DNA of 63,508 bases, the filler included. It is 3 parts of 3 records of this genome, joined end to end, with 100 filler letters (N's around TTAATTAATTAA, not from the genome) between each part and the next. Parts side by side here need not be neighbours in the genome. Positions count along the whole stretch, not along the records: positions 42,786 to 63,508 come from SRR31156797_2486; 2 more parts are not named here. One strand, written 5' to 3'. Made by a program: the position numbers and the translations under genes. The notes below the pieces were generated by a model. It did no database searches. It saw only the letters and a list, made by a program, of their open reading frames with translations, and was not told where the DNA came from. Each line of letters opens with the position of its first letter. The first letter of the stretch is position 1. Below, one piece after another: positions 60,817-63,508 of the stretch.

Positions 60817-62181
60817 TCAGAATTTAACAGTCCCCCATAGTTTGAACAAACGGAGCAAAATTAAACAGGTCAGAAATATGCCCGCAAACACCAGAATTGT
60901 CAACCCGACGCTCCAGTTCCACCAAACCGGGCCGTTGACCAGGACAGTACAAGCGGTAATGATGGGCACTACAAAGACGTTCATAACCGCGATTTCGTAT
61001 GCGGCCGGAGTTTTAAAATCCGGATCTACTATCCTCAGCAGCAACAGCCCGCACGACACCGTGCCGGTGACTACTCCGAATATGGCGGCGGCCCGTTCCA
61101 ATCCGTAGGAATCGAGCCGACGACCGAAATACACGACGAGCCATGTCGATAGTACGCCCACACCCAGTCCGATGATCATGATGGGCGCCAGGTAGTCCCA
61201 CACGACCTTGATCTGGATGGCGGCAATGGTGGCCACAATCAGGAAGTCGACGGACCAGCCCGTGATTCGTCTTTGAATGCCGGGGTCTGACAGGTGGTCC
61301 ACCCCCACGATTTTGAAAAGCTGCTTGACCAAAAGCGCGATTCCAAGCCCGACGAAAAAGGCAAAGCCCCATAACATGGAGCCTATATCCGGGGGCAGGA
61401 ATTTTCCGATTCCACTCAACAGTCCATAGGTGAGCAGGTACACCAAACCGACGGTCGCCGCCTGAAAAGCAAGGGTTTCCACGTTGCCGGAATGGAGGGT
61501 CAGGGCGCCGGCGGGTTCTCCGCGTTCGCTCCTGGGAAGGACGCCGGTCAGAAAATCCCGGGAAAGAATAACCGGGCCTGAAGCTGAAAGCCCTTTTCGT
61601 ATCCCGTAATTCACGAGAGGCACGCCAATGAAAAAGGCAAAAATGAATCCGATGGCCGCAAATGAAAGACCTATTGTCGCCCCGTGCTCAAACCCCATTC
61701 CTTCCCAGACCTTGCCGAAAGACAGGGCCTGGCCGGGGCCCTCGTTGAAACCCAGCGGCGCCAGAAAACCGAATGTGGGAAAAAGTTTGAAACCCAAACC
61801 TGACAGAATGATGACCACAAGCCCTCCCAGGATTGCCTGCATTGGAAATGTCAGGCCCTGGATCAAGGCCATCCAGGTGGAACCGCGCACAAGTTCCTTT
61901 CCCTTGAACGGTTTGTTCTCCCCTTGGAATTCGCGGGTCAGTCCCACGGATATAAAGGATATATTGAAAAAGTGATAGGCAAGGGTCTCCAGGGTGGAAA
62001 TATCCATCAGGTCGGGAAGGATGCTGACGACAATGAACCCGGCGACTCCTCCTAGGAGGCAACTGGGCAGTAGAAACCGCTGGAAGAGCGACACCTTGGC
62101 TCTTAAGGCCACGCCCAAAAGTAGTAATAATGATAGAAATCCGAACGCCAGGACCGATTCAAAAGGAAAAGGAGGCTGCAT
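60817..62181 (-). CDS. Second GltS/ESS-family sodium symporter
   Basis: LPSCLLGG, GFNEGPGQA..G..WE, FG..TGT...GLLLLRIVDP.FKT. Confidence 0.8.
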   Translation of the reverse strand: MQPPFPFESVLAFGFLSLLLLLGVALRAKVSLFQRFLLPSCLLGGVAGFIVVSILPDLMDISTLETLAYHFFNISFISVGLTREFQGENKPFKGKELVRGSTWMALIQGLTFPMQAILGGLVVIILSGLGFKLFPTFGFLAPLGFNEGPGQALSFGKVWEGMGFEHGATIGLSFAAIGFIFAFFIGVPLVNYGIRKGLSASGPVILSRDFLTGVLPRSERGEPAGALTLHSGNVETLAFQAATVGLVYLLTYGLLSGIGKFLPPDIGSMLWGFAFFVGLGIALLVKQLFKIVGVDHLSDPGIQRRITGWSVDFLIVATIAAIQIKVVWDYLAPIMIIGLGVGVLSTWLVVYFGRRLDSYGLERAAAIFGVVTGTVSCGLLLLRIVDPDFKTPAAYEIAVMNVFVVPIITACTVLVNGPVWWNWSVGLTILVFAGIFLTCLILLRLFKLWGTVKF

Positions 62182-62475
62182 TTAACACCATAGTTCCGTT
62201 GTTGTGCGGTTAACCGGAATTATGCGGCTTAGGCCGCCAATTACTGTTTCCTGCCTCTGGCGCCGTTTTTACTCTTTAACGGGCCAGGATCCGGGCCAAT
62301 AAACACGCGGGTGATCCTTCAAAAGGCGAATACCGGCCAATTTTTTGAAAATTTCATGTGTTTTCCAGATTTAGGCATTCTAATCCACAGACATGCTTCC
62401 GGTCAAGGCGCAATAATCCATTAGCCGAATGAACTTTACCCTGACTTAAACCTTGATTTTTCTGGATTAGTTGAT

Positions 62476-63508
62476 TCAGGAGCGCAAGCGCCCCCGCACC
62501 ATTGATGAGGCGATTCCAAGAAGGCAAAGTATGCCGAATATGGTAAAAGCGGTTTTAACGCACCACAGAAATTCCGGGTAAGCCTCCGGAGTTATTTTCA
62601 CCCGGCCGATGACCAGTGTAAAAATAAGGGCCGCTATGCCCATACTGGCCATCTGCCCCAGCAGCCTCATGGTGCTGACCGCGCCCGCGGCTATGCCAAG
62701 AAATCTTTTCGGGGCGCTGCTCATGATGGCGTTTGTATTGGGGGATGAAAAAAAGGCGAATCCCAACCCAAGAATGAATAAGGAAACAAGAATATAGACA
62801 GTCGAAGTTTCATTACCGAGAAAAGATAAAAGAAACAGTCCCACAGCAGTGAGAGCCATGCCGGATGAAGCGACCCAGACTGGTTCAAACTTGTCCGAAA
62901 GCCGGCCGGCCGGCGGAGAGAACAAGGCCATGACCACGGGCTGCACAAAAAGAACCAGTCCGGCCTGCTGGGGGGTGAGATTTTTTATGTACTGGAGGTA
63001 AAGGCTCATCAGGAAAACAACGCCGAAGGTGGCGCTGTAATGCAGCAGCGCGGCCAGGTTTGAAAAAGCGAATACCCGGCTTTCCCGGAATAGTCGCACC
63101 TGAAAAACCGGGCTCTCCGTTTTCAGTTCCCACCAGACAAAAAGCCCCAACCCGGCCAACCCGGCCGCGACCAGGGCGATCCGGAACGGGTCGGGCAACC
63201 CGGTCATGCCGGTCATGAGCGAAACCAGGGACAGACCGTAAATAACCGATCCCAATAAGTCGAATCGTTCTCCTGCAGCTTCGGCCCACTCTGCTTTGAT
63301 TTTCCATTGGATAAGGGCGGCGGTTAAAACGCCGAGGGGCGCGGTTGTATAAAAGATGCTTCGCCATCCCAGGGCCTCGGTCAGAAAACCCCCAAGGACT
63401 GGTCCCATGGAGAGCCCTACATAAACGGCGGCCACGGCTATGCCGATGGCCCTTCCTCGCTCGCCCGGAGGGAAAGCAGCGGTAATAATGGCCAGACCGG
63501 CGGCGAAT
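62476..63508 (-). CDS. MFS transporter, DHA2/EmrB-like (5' end beyond window)
   Basis: Open frame to the window edge: FPPGERGRAIG...GPVLGGFL...GWRSIF, AGRLSDK, SPNTNAIM. Confidence 0.88.
   Translation of the reverse strand, partial: FAAGLAIITAAFPPGERGRAIGIAVAAVYVGLSMGPVLGGFLTEALGWRSIFYTTAPLGVLTAALIQWKIKAEWAEAAGERFDLLGSVIYGLSLVSLMTGMTGLPDPFRIALVAAGLAGLGLFVWWELKTESPVFQVRLFRESRVFAFSNLAALLHYSATFGVVFLMSLYLQYIKNLTPQQAGLVLFVQPVVMALFSPPAGRLSDKFEPVWVASSGMALTAVGLFLLSFLGNETSTVYILVSLFILGLGFAFFSSPNTNAIMSSAPKRFLGIAAGAVSTMRLLGQMASMGIAALIFTLVIGRVKITPEAYPEFLWCVKTAFTIFGILCLLGIASSMVRGRLRS

Overview
This window is not one continuous locus. It holds three unrelated contigs joined by 100-nt artificial linkers (44 N + TTAATTAATTAA + 44 N at 23136-23235 and 42686-42785). 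Contig A (1-23135) is AT-rich and looks like Campylobacterota/Arcobacteraceae: serS, trpS, a flagellar cluster (fliS, fliD, flgK, flgH, fliL, motE/flgY-like, fliJ-like, fliQ, flgI, fliM) and housekeeping genes (hisZ, purA, carA, proC, proA, ferredoxin, ndk). Contig B (23236-42685) looks like Bacteroidota, based on TAnnTTTG promoters. It carries a tight operon cheR - degenerate cheR - cheB - TM/GAF protein - TM/GAF/coiled-coil/PAS/PP2C phosphatase - siaB-like kinase - siaC-like protein - TerB-like/ABCG-like transporter, followed by purQ, tolC-family, tsaB, efp, a second PP2C, an O-antigen ligase, wzz-like and DUF4139 genes. Contig C (42786-63508) is GC-richer and looks like Desulfobacterota: a stand-alone cas6e, an IclR-led catabolic cluster (UroD/MT2-corrinoid fusion, HpsN-like dehydrogenase, DegT-fold PLP enzyme, D-aminoacylase, GltS symporter, CuyA/DcyD-like lyase, RidA), a leucine/isovalerate (liu-type) operon and transporters. 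The best candidates for undescribed systems are (1) a CheR/CheB methylation-tuned Sia-type partner switch wired to an ABCG-like exporter and (2) an anaerobic pathway for a methylated/N-acylated C3 amino-sulfonate. Also notable are a ~115-aa module shared by FlgK (2 copies) and FliD (1 copy), an apparently split ChePep and the orphan Cas6e. All family calls and taxonomy come from motif recognition by eye and recalled reference sequences; no searches were run.
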